64,000 nt of DNA from a virus. Lineage: Duplodnaviria; Caudoviricetes. Location of the stretch: positions 2,635 to 66,634 of IMG/VR virus record IMGVR_UViG_3300047561_000672, one strand, 5' to 3'. Made by a program: the position numbers and the translations under genes. This document shows, in pieces, positions 16,660 to 25,949 of this stretch; the first letter of the stretch is position 1; the number at the start of each line of letters is the position of its first letter. The notes under the pieces are model-generated. The model had not been told where the DNA came from. It searched no databases and saw only the letters and a program-made list of their open reading frames with translations.

Positions 16660-18207
16660 ATGAAATATATCTACGCATTTATTTTTAGTTTATTTATCTG
16701 TGCAACGGCATTTGCACAAAGTCAGAATGTTACTGCCAATACCAATGGAGTGGTTGTTCGCCCGACCAATTTCTGGAGTGTTGATGCATCCAACGCAAGA
16801 ACTGGACTTGGTTTGAGTTGGTCCGCGCTCACAAATACCAATGCCTCTAATTTTAGGACAGCAATTGAGCTTGCTAGTTACGTCACTAATCCAGTAATTC
16901 CAACAACCAATGGTGGCTTGGGATCTGGAACGATGAGCGTGGCAAGAACCAATCTTGGACTCGGATGGCCCGCACTAACCAATACCGATGCCACCAATTT
17001 CCGTATTGCAATAGGAGTTGCTGGATACATTTCAAATAGCGGAACTGTGGTATTTACCAATACAAATACCATAACATTCACAAATGAAGTGTCGTTCACA
17101 AACAATGTTTTAATCGGCCCGATCAGTGGAAATACAATTTCATTAAGATCCACTGGTGGTAATTTGCAATTTTGGGACCCAATTGATAGCGAGAGTGTTC
17201 TAACCATTGCATCGGACACCAATCCAGTTGTACTTGGTAATCAGTGGAACGATAGTTCTGTCAGAACGGCATTGGGACTTGGGTGGACGGTGTTAACTAA
17301 TACCAATTCAACTAATTTTCTTGCAGCAATATTTGGCTCCAATACAAATCCAGTTCTTGTTTCAACCAATGGATCAGTGGTAAGTCCAACAAATTTCTGG
17401 CAGGCTGCACCAATATCAACAAGTGTTCAATATTTTACAAATGTTACTGTTAACTCAACTAACAGCGCAACAAATAGCCGCAATTTATTTGTACATAGCA
17501 TGGCAGTAAGCGTGTCTGGAGTTACCAACACAATTAATCTTCCGACCAATAGCTCCACATTCAACGGAGATACTGCAACAATTATCCACAAGGGAACAAC
17601 CACAACTGCAACTATCATCAAAAACACTGGATCTACCAACACACTGATCGCACTTAGTAATTACAACGAAACAGTCAACTTCATGTTTGAACAAGGAGCT
17701 TGGTCATTTGCCGAAAACCCATCGTTTGTTGAGCCTATTTTTTTCTCTGGAACTAATGGATTGGACAATGCTGGACAATCTAGAACAAACCTTGGTTTAG
17801 GTGGAAGCAATGATGTTCAGTTTAAATCTGTAAAAACTGCTGGCGTTGGTTCTGCTACAAATCTAGATATTCAATTTGACGGCAATGGAAGCGGGATATT
17901 CGCTAATACAAATACTAACACTATTGGAATAACTATTCTTTCTAACAACGTAGCTTTTTTTACAGCTACCAATGTTACATTTTATCAGGCTATGGCGTTC
18001 AATGGAACTGCTGGTGCAAGCCGCACAAATTTAGGAATCCCATATACTGCGTTAACCAACACCAACAGCACAAATTTCCAATCTGCTATTTTTCAGACAA
18101 ACACAACGCCATCAGGTACTAGTTATGCTAGTCTTGTTGCTTGGATGGAAGTTAATGTCATTACAAACGGAGTAACTACAAGTTTCAGAATTCCCCTATT
18201 CAAATGA
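16660..18207 (+). CDS. signal-peptide-bearing Asn/Thr-rich fibre-like repeat protein
   Basis: MKYIYAFIFSLFICATAFA-Q signal; five RT(N/G/A)LG[LI] repeats, four followed by LTNTxxxNF. Confidence 0.7.
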   Translation: MKYIYAFIFSLFICATAFAQSQNVTANTNGVVVRPTNFWSVDASNARTGLGLSWSALTNTNASNFRTAIELASYVTNPVIPTTNGGLGSGTMSVARTNLGLGWPALTNTDATNFRIAIGVAGYISNSGTVVFTNTNTITFTNEVSFTNNVLIGPISGNTISLRSTGGNLQFWDPIDSESVLTIASDTNPVVLGNQWNDSSVRTALGLGWTVLTNTNSTNFLAAIFGSNTNPVLVSTNGSVVSPTNFWQAAPISTSVQYFTNVTVNSTNSATNSRNLFVHSMAVSVSGVTNTINLPTNSSTFNGDTATIIHKGTTTTATIIKNTGSTNTLIALSNYNETVNFMFEQGAWSFAENPSFVEPIFFSGTNGLDNAGQSRTNLGLGGSNDVQFKSVKTAGVGSATNLDIQFDGNGSGIFANTNTNTIGITILSNNVAFFTATNVTFYQAMAFNGTAGASRTNLGIPYTALTNTNSTNFQSAIFQTNTTPSGTSYASLVAWMEVNVITNGVTTSFRIPLFK

Positions 18208-18575
18208 CCAACTACTGGAGACTTGTACGGGATATTGAGATTGTCCAAGGAAAGACTTGGCAAGCGAAATTCCGTTATCTGAGCAAGTGCTCGTCAGGCC
18301 GAAAGCCCGCCCCAATGAATCTTACAGGATACACAGCAAAGATGGTCATCAGGGAGAAGGCTACAGACTCAGCCTCCATGCTTGAATTGACCACTGGGAG
18401 TGGAATCACTCTTGGAGGCACCGCTGGAACAATCCAAGTAGATATCACTGCAACTCAAGCAGGGTCAAGCCTCACTGCTGGAACTGGGGTGTACGAGATT
18501 GAATTGTACAACGGAGCTGCCACCATTGGATTTGCCACAGGCAACGCAACCATCTATCAGGAGATTGTACGGTAA
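18204..18575 (+). CDS. LtfC/BppU-N-like beta-sandwich tail-associated protein (copy 2)
   Basis: IVQGKTW...PMNLTGYTAKMVIR...GITLGGTAGTIQVDITAT...YEIEL; paralog of 15979..16335. Confidence 0.65.
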   Translation: MTNYWRLVRDIEIVQGKTWQAKFRYLSKCSSGRKPAPMNLTGYTAKMVIREKATDSASMLELTTGSGITLGGTAGTIQVDITATQAGSSLTAGTGVYEIELYNGAATIGFATGNATIYQEIVR

Positions 18576-21313
18576 TGGCCACAGAAGTCATTGAGGTAAT
18601 TGAGACGGCTGTAGAGGTGGTTGAGGTGTTGACTCAAGGCCCACAGGGTCCACAAGGTTCTGCTGCAAGTGTAGTCTACGGCACAACCGCAGGCACGGCC
18701 ACTGAGGGCAACGATTCACGCATACCAACCCAAGCTCTAAATCCTGCAAATGCTCCTACATTTACTGGATTAACTATTAACGGAGCAAACGATGGCACTA
18801 GATCAGTAAATGCTAGCGGTAAAATGTTTTTTGGTTCGGTCAGTGGAAATACGGGGATGCTTTCGGAGGCACAAAATTCTTTTGTCTACAATGCATATGT
18901 TTTGACTGGATTAAACACATCAGTCACTTTCTATCGTCCACTGGTAATTTGTTCTAGTAACACCCCGCAACTCAGTATCCACCCAAATAACAGGGTTGGT
19001 ATTGGCGTAGCTATTCCACAATCACAATTAGACGTAAGTGGAGACATAACTGCTACATCAACAATAAGTATAAAAAATGGCACAGGAAATGGCGCAAGTG
19101 CTAGTATATTTTGGTACTATAACGCAGAAGATCAAGAAGATATATATGTTGATTTATACGCAACCCGTGCTGGAACAGTAGGAAACGCTATAGTACTAAC
19201 ACTAGATGGCACGACATTCATTCAAACAATTGTTGATACATGGAATACAAATAATCCGAATAACACAATTGCGCCAATTCAGATCTATGGAACAGCGGTG
19301 CTTTCTGCCCAAACCGTCACATTCTCTGGAGGCACAGACCCACTAAAATCAACTATTGATGTAGTAAATTTATCAGCTAATAGGACGCATAGTTTACCAG
19401 ATGCAAATGGAACATTAGCACTCGCTTCACAGGCCACCGATTACGAAGTCACAGATGCCACAAAAGGAGTAATTATGAAAAGCCCCAATGGAAACCGCTG
19501 GCGTCTCACTATTGATAATAGTGGAAGCCTGATACGCACCATAATTACCCTAATGTTCTTGCTGTCTTTCATGTGCGGCTCGCAGGCACAGGTGCGCGAT
19601 CTGGTATACACCACCAACAACATAGTTGTCGGGCCGACGAACACCAATGCACTGAGTTTCACCAATAGTATTGCGTTTAGCAATGTCCTAAGTTTTGGGA
19701 CAAACGCGCCGACAGTTCGCACGAATTTGGGACTGGGAGCAAGCTGGCTCACAAATAGTGCGTCACCCGCCACCACCAATGCCACAAATCTTGTCGCAGG
19801 CACATTACCCGATGCGCGACTTTCGACTAATGTTCTTACTATAGATACAAATAACAATATTGTTAGTGGTAGGACGAATGTTCTTAGATTTACTAATGAA
19901 ATACGCTCGTCAGCATTTGCAATACCAGTGTATTCTAGTTCATTGTTGGTAGGAAATCTTTCAATAAATCAAGGAACTGGTGCTAATTTAAATAATTTTG
20001 AATTTAAGAACTATGGCGTTACTAGCCTAGTACTAGGATCAAATACCGCCTCATTTACTGGAAGTATTAGCGTTGGAGATAGTTCCACAACACGCACCAA
20101 CCTCGGAGTGACCGTAGCCTCTAACCTGCCCGCGCCTTACTCGGGTGTTTCCTCAAGTAACAGCTTGCTCGTTGCCGATGGTTCTGGAAGCAGCGCGTTT
20201 GTTTCGACGTTGCCGAGTCTGACAGTAGGCGTTGGCACAAACACTGACGTAACGTTGCAGCGCGAGACGAATAATAGCCTCGCTCAAAGAAACGGCACGA
20301 ATCCGCAGACGCTGTTTCTGTTTAACACCTACTCCAACTCCACGAATTATGAACGCGGGAAGATCGCGTGGACGAACAATGTGCTGACGATTGGCACTGA
20401 GAAGGGAAGCGGCGGCGGGACGGCTAGGGCTTTGGAGTTGCAGACCGATGGAGCCGCAAGGATGTCAATAACTGCTGGAGGTAGCATTCTACACGCAATT
20501 TCTACTGGCGTGTTAGGGTGGAACACTTCGACACTTCTGCGCCCTTTAAGCGGTGACGGAACTCTCGGCTTGTATAACAATGCACAAAACGATTTTGGTC
20601 GCCTGCAATTTGGCGGAACAAACAGCAACTTCCCAGCCCTCAAGCGCACCAACACCGCCCTGCAAGTTCGCCTCGCGGATGATTCGTCCTACACAACCAT
20701 AGACGCACAACTTCGCGCCCAAGGCACCGCGCCGACCAATTCAACCGACACAGGCACGGCTGGCGATATTCGTTACGATGCTACTAACTTTTATGTCTGC
20801 ACCGCAAGTAATACATGGAATACGTTTGCGACAAACCGCATTACGACCATTGTTAAATCCGCAGACCAGTCAAAAACAAATACATCCGATATGACTATAG
20901 TTGGAAATAACGATCCTGAACTAACTGCATCAGTCGTTGCAGGAACAATCTACAGCATTCAAGCTAGATTACAGTATACGGCACCAGCAACTGGTGGGTT
21001 AAATGCTGCCATTGTAACTGGAACAAATAACGTATTTGTCAACACTGGTGGACCTATTGGATTTGCTTCAAGAGAAGATTTAAATGCAAGAGTATTTTAT
21101 ATTTCAAGTGCTAGCGGAGGAGCGGTCGCTGGAATAAGTTGGGGAGGGTCGGGAAGCTCTACTGGGGGCACAAATTTAATATGGGCTGCTACAGGAGTAT
21201 TCCGTGCTGAAAACTCTGGAACTCTCACGCTTCGTTGGGCGCAAAATACAACTAACGCTACGCCGACCACACTGAAAGCTGGGTCTTCTTTTACGCTAAC
21301 AAAACTGAACTAA
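18575..21313 (+). CDS. mosaic tail-fibre-like protein with internal signal-peptide-like segment (912 aa)
   Basis: GPQGPQG collagen start, SANRTHSLPDANGTLAL, RTNLG repeats, GTAGDIRYD..NFYVC...NTW fibre motif; hydrophobic helix IRTIITLMFLLSFMCGSQAQ at ~aa 320-339. Confidence 0.7.
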   Translation: MATEVIEVIETAVEVVEVLTQGPQGPQGSAASVVYGTTAGTATEGNDSRIPTQALNPANAPTFTGLTINGANDGTRSVNASGKMFFGSVSGNTGMLSEAQNSFVYNAYVLTGLNTSVTFYRPLVICSSNTPQLSIHPNNRVGIGVAIPQSQLDVSGDITATSTISIKNGTGNGASASIFWYYNAEDQEDIYVDLYATRAGTVGNAIVLTLDGTTFIQTIVDTWNTNNPNNTIAPIQIYGTAVLSAQTVTFSGGTDPLKSTIDVVNLSANRTHSLPDANGTLALASQATDYEVTDATKGVIMKSPNGNRWRLTIDNSGSLIRTIITLMFLLSFMCGSQAQVRDLVYTTNNIVVGPTNTNALSFTNSIAFSNVLSFGTNAPTVRTNLGLGASWLTNSASPATTNATNLVAGTLPDARLSTNVLTIDTNNNIVSGRTNVLRFTNEIRSSAFAIPVYSSSLLVGNLSINQGTGANLNNFEFKNYGVTSLVLGSNTASFTGSISVGDSSTTRTNLGVTVASNLPAPYSGVSSSNSLLVADGSGSSAFVSTLPSLTVGVGTNTDVTLQRETNNSLAQRNGTNPQTLFLFNTYSNSTNYERGKIAWTNNVLTIGTEKGSGGGTARALELQTDGAARMSITAGGSILHAISTGVLGWNTSTLLRPLSGDGTLGLYNNAQNDFGRLQFGGTNSNFPALKRTNTALQVRLADDSSYTTIDAQLRAQGTAPTNSTDTGTAGDIRYDATNFYVCTASNTWNTFATNRITTIVKSADQSKTNTSDMTIVGNNDPELTASVVAGTIYSIQARLQYTAPATGGLNAAIVTGTNNVFVNTGGPIGFASREDLNARVFYISSASGGAVAGISWGGSGSSTGGTNLIWAATGVFRAENSGTLTLRWAQNTTNATPTTLKAGSSFTLTKLN

Positions 21314-21315
21314 TT

Positions 21316-21774
21316 ATGAAAAAACTAATCCTCCTCGCAATCGTGGCCCTCGCACCAACAGTCTACGGCCAACTCGTCCCACAGACGCAGCTTGAGTCTG
21401 ACCTGTCAGCCATTGCCCGTGCGGCAAGTGGAACAACGTGGTACGGCCAACTCCTTGTCCAATCCCTGAATTCCGCCCACGCCGCTGTATGGAACCTGCC
21501 AGACGATAGGTTAAGTGCCGTTTTGACCCACCTCGGACCCCAAACGGTTGGCGGTCTAGTCCAACTCCAATCGGCAACGGCTATGGCCCTCAATCAATCG
21601 CTCGACGCTGCACAGGACAATGGCCCCCGCGCTATCGTCAGCCCCTCCCGTGAATTCACATGGGACGGGACTAATGCGGTTGTGGTTCCGTTGCCGACAC
21701 CAACCCCAAGCCCGACACCTGAAGAGGTGACACCTACGCCTACGCCTGAAGAATCCACCAATGTGGTTGACTAA
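21316..21774 (+). CDS. secreted protein with Pro/Thr linker tail
   Basis: MKKLILLAIVALAPTVYG-Q signal; C-terminal PLPTPTPSPTPEEVTPTPTPEEST. Confidence 0.7.
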   Translation: MKKLILLAIVALAPTVYGQLVPQTQLESDLSAIARAASGTTWYGQLLVQSLNSAHAAVWNLPDDRLSAVLTHLGPQTVGGLVQLQSATAMALNQSLDAAQDNGPRAIVSPSREFTWDGTNAVVVPLPTPTPSPTPEEVTPTPTPEESTNVVD

Positions 21775-21796
21775 CAGTAACAACTGCTGATATTAT
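21767..21796 (+). promoter_or_regulatory. sigma70-like promoter for portal operon
   Basis: TTGACT-N18-TATTAT with TG extended -10. Confidence 0.55.
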
Positions 21797-21805
21797 CACC
21801 GATCA

Positions 21806-24094
21806 ATGGCTTCCAATCCTAGCGTAGAACTAGAGAATATTTCAGAGAAGGGCGGCGTTCCTAAGAAACGTATTTCCTCTCCTGAGAATCTTATTTCCAT
21901 TTCAGACAAGTACATGGCTCAAGATGAGCAGTCGGCTTATCTCCGTTCACGGGCGCAAGCATTGGTCAATGGCGAAGCTCCCTATGACTCGGAAGAGCTT
22001 AAAAACAAGGGACTTACACATGTTGTAAACTCCAACTTTGGCGAAGCATCGGCCATCATGGAGGCGGCTCTAGCACCGTATATTGAACTTCAGAACGGTG
22101 TTCCTCGTATTGCCAATGTCATCATGGAGTCCTACGATGGTGACTCAAATGAAGACTCGGAAATCATCTCTGAAGAGTTTGACTGGATGCTCAAGGAGTG
22201 GAGTGACTTCCCTTACAACATGCAGTTGCTATCTCGTGAGTTTGTTGGAGATGGTGTTGGTATTGCCATGTGGCCCGATGAGAGATCGGTATTTTGGGAA
22301 CCATGCGGACTGAAAGATTTCAAGGTGGCTCGTGATACAAAAGTATCCGACACTGCTATTGAGGTGGCTATTGTTCAACGCACGATGTCCGTTAGCCAAC
22401 TTTACGACTACATCAAGAATCCAAAGATTGCTAAAACAATGGGATGGAATATTGATGCGGTCAAAAAGGCTATTTGGAAATCATCCACCAAGACCGATCA
22501 GTGGAAGAACTGGAACTCCCATTGGGAAGACTTCCAACGTGAAGTTAAGGAGAATGATCTGTACGCTGGTGAGGCCGCATACCACAGGGCTAAACTAATC
22601 TACGGGTACAATCGCGAGTTTGATGGCAAATTCTCACAACTTATTGCCTCTCGTGATTGTGATGACTTCCTCTACGAACGAAATGCAAAATACTCCAACG
22701 TAAACAACTGTTTCGTCATCTTTACCTATGGAGTTGGTCAAGGAACATTCCACACGATCAGGGGTCTTAAACAGAAGATTTACAACCCGATCCAAGTATC
22801 CAACCGTATTTTGTGTCAGGCCGCACAAGCAGCCATTACATCTGGATTGATTCAACTTCAAGGTGACGCCGAAGCCATTCAAGACTTCCAATACATCGAA
22901 GTCGGCCCGTATAGCTTTATTCCTACAGGACTTACTCCTATCCAGCTTCAGCCTCCATCTATTGCTACACAGGGTCTTCCAGTGTATAGCCTGATGACTC
23001 AGACGCTTCAAAACAACACTGGAAGCTATCGTTCTCGCGGTCAGGGTACCGATGGACAAGCCCGCTCTGCCACTGAAGTGGTACAACAGGCCCGCCAAGA
23101 ATCGACACTCAATGCCGCTGCGCTAGAGTTGTTCTACACCCCGTACAACAAACTCCTCACAGAGCAGTATCGTCGAGCAGTCTCCCCCGATCTTTCACAG
23201 TTAGATAAAGGTGGCAAACTTGCCATGGAATTCCGCGCCCGTTGCAAACGCCGTGGAGTATCCATTGAGCGTATGCGCCAGTTCCTGAAGGTTACGGCAA
23301 TGAGAGCCATGGGTGATGGAAGCCCCGTAATGACCGAAATGGCCTCCAAGCAACTAATGGAACTTTACTCTTTAATGGACGAAAAAGGTAAGGAGAACAC
23401 CCTGCGAGCGGTGGTAGCTGGAATACCGGGTGTAGGATACCAGAAGGTGGACCTCTTTGTCGCTAAAGGCCCGCCCCGTAAGGTTATTGACTTTGACATT
23501 GCCAACCTTGAAAACGGTAATCTACGTCAGGGCATTCAACAACTTGTCCACGATAGCCAAAACCATCCTGTGCATATTGAGGTCCATATCCCTCTCATGG
23601 CAGAAATTATCGATGCTCACAAGCAGCAGCAGATTCCCGACGAGCAGGCCATGCAGATCCTTCGCCCGCTTTCAGACCATACCACTGAGCACTTGGTGAT
23701 GTTCTCCACCAATAGCTTCCGCAAACAAGAGGTCAACGAACTCAAGCGTCAGCTTCAAAACGTCACTGCTTATGTGGATGAATTGGAGCAACAGGTCATC
23801 AACAGAATGATGGCAGAGCAGAGCAAGATGCAGGAGCAAGCGGCGTCTGGACCAGAACAGGGCGGCCAGCCCGATCCTAAACAAATGTTTGAAATCCAGA
23901 AGGGACAACTTAGGCTTGCAGAGATGCAAGAAAAGCGTAGCATGGCACAAGAGTCCCACGCACAGAAAATGGAAACTATCCGCCAGCAAATGGCACTCAA
24001 CGATCTGAAAACCCGAAGCTCTATTCTTGATAAGGTTGCACGACCATCTGGTGGTCGCCCTCCAATGATTGAGCAAGCACCACCTACGGCATAA
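21806..24094 (+). CDS. portal protein
   Basis: 762 aa, helical, Q-rich coiled C-terminal barrel; sits between TerL and scaffold/MCP. Confidence 0.8.
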   Translation: MASNPSVELENISEKGGVPKKRISSPENLISISDKYMAQDEQSAYLRSRAQALVNGEAPYDSEELKNKGLTHVVNSNFGEASAIMEAALAPYIELQNGVPRIANVIMESYDGDSNEDSEIISEEFDWMLKEWSDFPYNMQLLSREFVGDGVGIAMWPDERSVFWEPCGLKDFKVARDTKVSDTAIEVAIVQRTMSVSQLYDYIKNPKIAKTMGWNIDAVKKAIWKSSTKTDQWKNWNSHWEDFQREVKENDLYAGEAAYHRAKLIYGYNREFDGKFSQLIASRDCDDFLYERNAKYSNVNNCFVIFTYGVGQGTFHTIRGLKQKIYNPIQVSNRILCQAAQAAITSGLIQLQGDAEAIQDFQYIEVGPYSFIPTGLTPIQLQPPSIATQGLPVYSLMTQTLQNNTGSYRSRGQGTDGQARSATEVVQQARQESTLNAAALELFYTPYNKLLTEQYRRAVSPDLSQLDKGGKLAMEFRARCKRRGVSIERMRQFLKVTAMRAMGDGSPVMTEMASKQLMELYSLMDEKGKENTLRAVVAGIPGVGYQKVDLFVAKGPPRKVIDFDIANLENGNLRQGIQQLVHDSQNHPVHIEVHIPLMAEIIDAHKQQQIPDEQAMQILRPLSDHTTEHLVMFSTNSFRKQEVNELKRQLQNVTAYVDELEQQVINRMMAEQSKMQEQAASGPEQGGQPDPKQMFEIQKGQLRLAEMQEKRSMAQESHAQKMETIRQQMALNDLKTRSSILDKVARPSGGRPPMIEQAPPTA

Positions 24095-24097
24095 CCA

Positions 24098-24379
24098 ATG
24101 GATTGGAATAATTCTGACGCCCGCGAATGGGCTAAAACGTGGGAAACACCCCACATGGTAAGGGGATTGAAGTTCTTGGCAAAACGTGTGAGGCCGCGCC
24201 GAACAGTGGGACCAGTTGCCCAAGGGTTTGATCTATCTCCAGTATTTATCAAGAGTGCTGGGTTTTACGAAGGAAGCCAAGAAGTGCTTGACCTGATTGA
24301 AACTATGGCTAAGGGTGAGTACACAACAAAACCCAAGGTTGATTTCCCAGAGTCTTTTTCTCATATTAAACCCGAATAA
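24098..24379 (+). CDS. hypothetical head-module protein
   Basis: Between portal and scaffold, 3-nt gaps on each side. Confidence 0.65.
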   Translation: MDWNNSDAREWAKTWETPHMVRGLKFLAKRVRPRRTVGPVAQGFDLSPVFIKSAGFYEGSQEVLDLIETMAKGEYTTKPKVDFPESFSHIKPE

Positions 24380-24382
24380 TTT

Positions 24383-25717
24383 ATGGCAAACGCAATCCTA
24401 AACTCGTCTCTCACGGGAGATGCAGACTTCGCTGGGGCCGTTTTTGGCACCTCCGAACAACAAGAACCCACACCAGTTGAGACCACTCAGCAGGACAATC
24501 AAGACAATGTTCCCCGTGGAACAAACGACGATGAGAAGACCACTACGCAAGAAGCTCCCGAAGAAGAGAAAAAGGTCACTAAAGTTAGGGAGCCAGACAA
24601 GAAGTCGAAAACCACGAAAGATCAAGTAGAGGCTACGCTAAAGAAAGCCACGACCAAGTCTTCCGATTCTTCTGAACAGGCTACATCAGATACCACTGAT
24701 AATGATCTTCCAAAGAATCCCCATTTTGACGATAAACAAGTTTCTGATAAGCCAGAGGGTGATGATTCCGAAAAAGGTATCTCCTCGTGGAAAGAGATTA
24801 AATCAGAGATGAAAAAAGCCCGCGAAGAGCGGGACCGTCTCAAGGCAGAACTTGAGGCCACTAAAGAAAAAGTGGGTAAAGTTGAGGGTGGTGAAGTTGA
24901 TTACCTACGTCAAGAGGTGGATAGTTACAAAACCCGCCTTGCCGAACTCTCCCGTGAACTTAAGGCCGCAAACTTTGAGCGCAGCCCAGAATACGTTGAG
25001 AGTGTGAAAAAACCACTGGCTGGTATTCAATGTGATCTAAAGGCTATTGCCGATGCCAATGATGCTGACTTTTCCAAACTTTGGCAGGCTATCACGGAAC
25101 CTGACATGCGGAAACGTACTGACAGTCTTGAAGACCTTATCGGTGATTTCAAGCGTATGGAACAGCTTGAGGTTGTTAAACTTACTGAAAAGTTCCACAA
25201 CTTGCGTGACTACCATGAGCGTTTCTCCAATGAGTCGGAGTCCATGGCAGAACAGCTTCGCGCCCGCAAGGCCCAAGAAGAGCAGGAGTTCATTGAGAAT
25301 GACCAGCGTCTACAGAAGGCTTTTACGGCCAACGCTTGGACCCGCATGGAAGACCGTTACGATTTCTTGAAGGAGATCGATGGACAGAGCGACTGGAACT
25401 CAAGCATCCGTTCCGCCCGCCAAGCAGCATCTGAAACCAATCTAGACAGGCTTCCTGTTGAGGACAGGTCTACGATCTTGGCTAGAGCAGCAGTTGTCCC
25501 ATTCCTTGAATCGGCTATCAACCACTATAGCAACAAACTCCAAAGCGTAACCTCCGAGAAGGATGCAAAGATTGCCGAACTCCAGCATCAACTGAAGTCA
25601 GCAATCGGTGCCACACCTAGCCTTGGATCTTCATCTAGCGACTCTAACGACGATGACGATGACACAGAAGATATGGGTTCAGTTAATTTCGGCGCAGCAA
25701 TTATGGGCAGGCGATAA
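24383..25717 (+). CDS. capsid scaffolding protein
   Basis: Disordered acidic N-terminus, long coiled coil, immediately upstream of MCP. Confidence 0.7.
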   Translation: MANAILNSSLTGDADFAGAVFGTSEQQEPTPVETTQQDNQDNVPRGTNDDEKTTTQEAPEEEKKVTKVREPDKKSKTTKDQVEATLKKATTKSSDSSEQATSDTTDNDLPKNPHFDDKQVSDKPEGDDSEKGISSWKEIKSEMKKAREERDRLKAELEATKEKVGKVEGGEVDYLRQEVDSYKTRLAELSRELKAANFERSPEYVESVKKPLAGIQCDLKAIADANDADFSKLWQAITEPDMRKRTDSLEDLIGDFKRMEQLEVVKLTEKFHNLRDYHERFSNESESMAEQLRARKAQEEQEFIENDQRLQKAFTANAWTRMEDRYDFLKEIDGQSDWNSSIRSARQAASETNLDRLPVEDRSTILARAAVVPFLESAINHYSNKLQSVTSEKDAKIAELQHQLKSAIGATPSLGSSSSDSNDDDDDTEDMGSVNFGAAIMGRR

Positions 25718-25726
25718 AAATATCGC
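25711..25726 (+). terminator. hairpin at scaffold stop codon
   Basis: GCGATA-AAAA-TATCGC perfect stem. Confidence 0.4.
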
Positions 25727-25755
25727 TTGACATATTTACGCACTTAGATTAAATG
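25727..25755 (+). promoter_or_regulatory. sigma70-like promoter for major capsid gene
   Basis: TTGACA-N17-TAAATG (weak -10). Confidence 0.45.
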
Positions 25756-25759
25756 TATT

Positions 25760-25949
25760 CTCAATGATCTAGTCTGGTTTGATCTCAGACGCCTGTTGGT
25801 GAGCGTTATCTCCTCCTAAGTTAGTTTGCCGTCTACCACCTACAGCGGCGTGGGTAACAGATTTCTTGTAATGGCGTCCCGCCCAATGGCGAAGGCGATA
25901 AACATTACAAAAAAACGCAAAATTAAAATTAGGAGAAAATAACAATACT
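25760..25949 (+). promoter_or_regulatory. structured 5' leader of major capsid gene
   Basis: TTGTAATG 25866-73 / CATTACAA 25903-10; CGCC-CAAT-GGCG; GTCTG/CAGAC; A-rich tract before start. Confidence 0.45.

Noticed and set aside
16660-18207. Enrichment of N-x-S/T glycosylation sequons
   Set aside because: About a dozen are present, but that is expected from the high Asn and Ser/Thr content alone
16660-21313. Diversity-generating retroelement or shufflon acting on the fibre genes
   Set aside because: No reverse transcriptase or recombinase, and no near-identical TR/VR pair or flanking inverted repeats; repeats are diverged at protein level only
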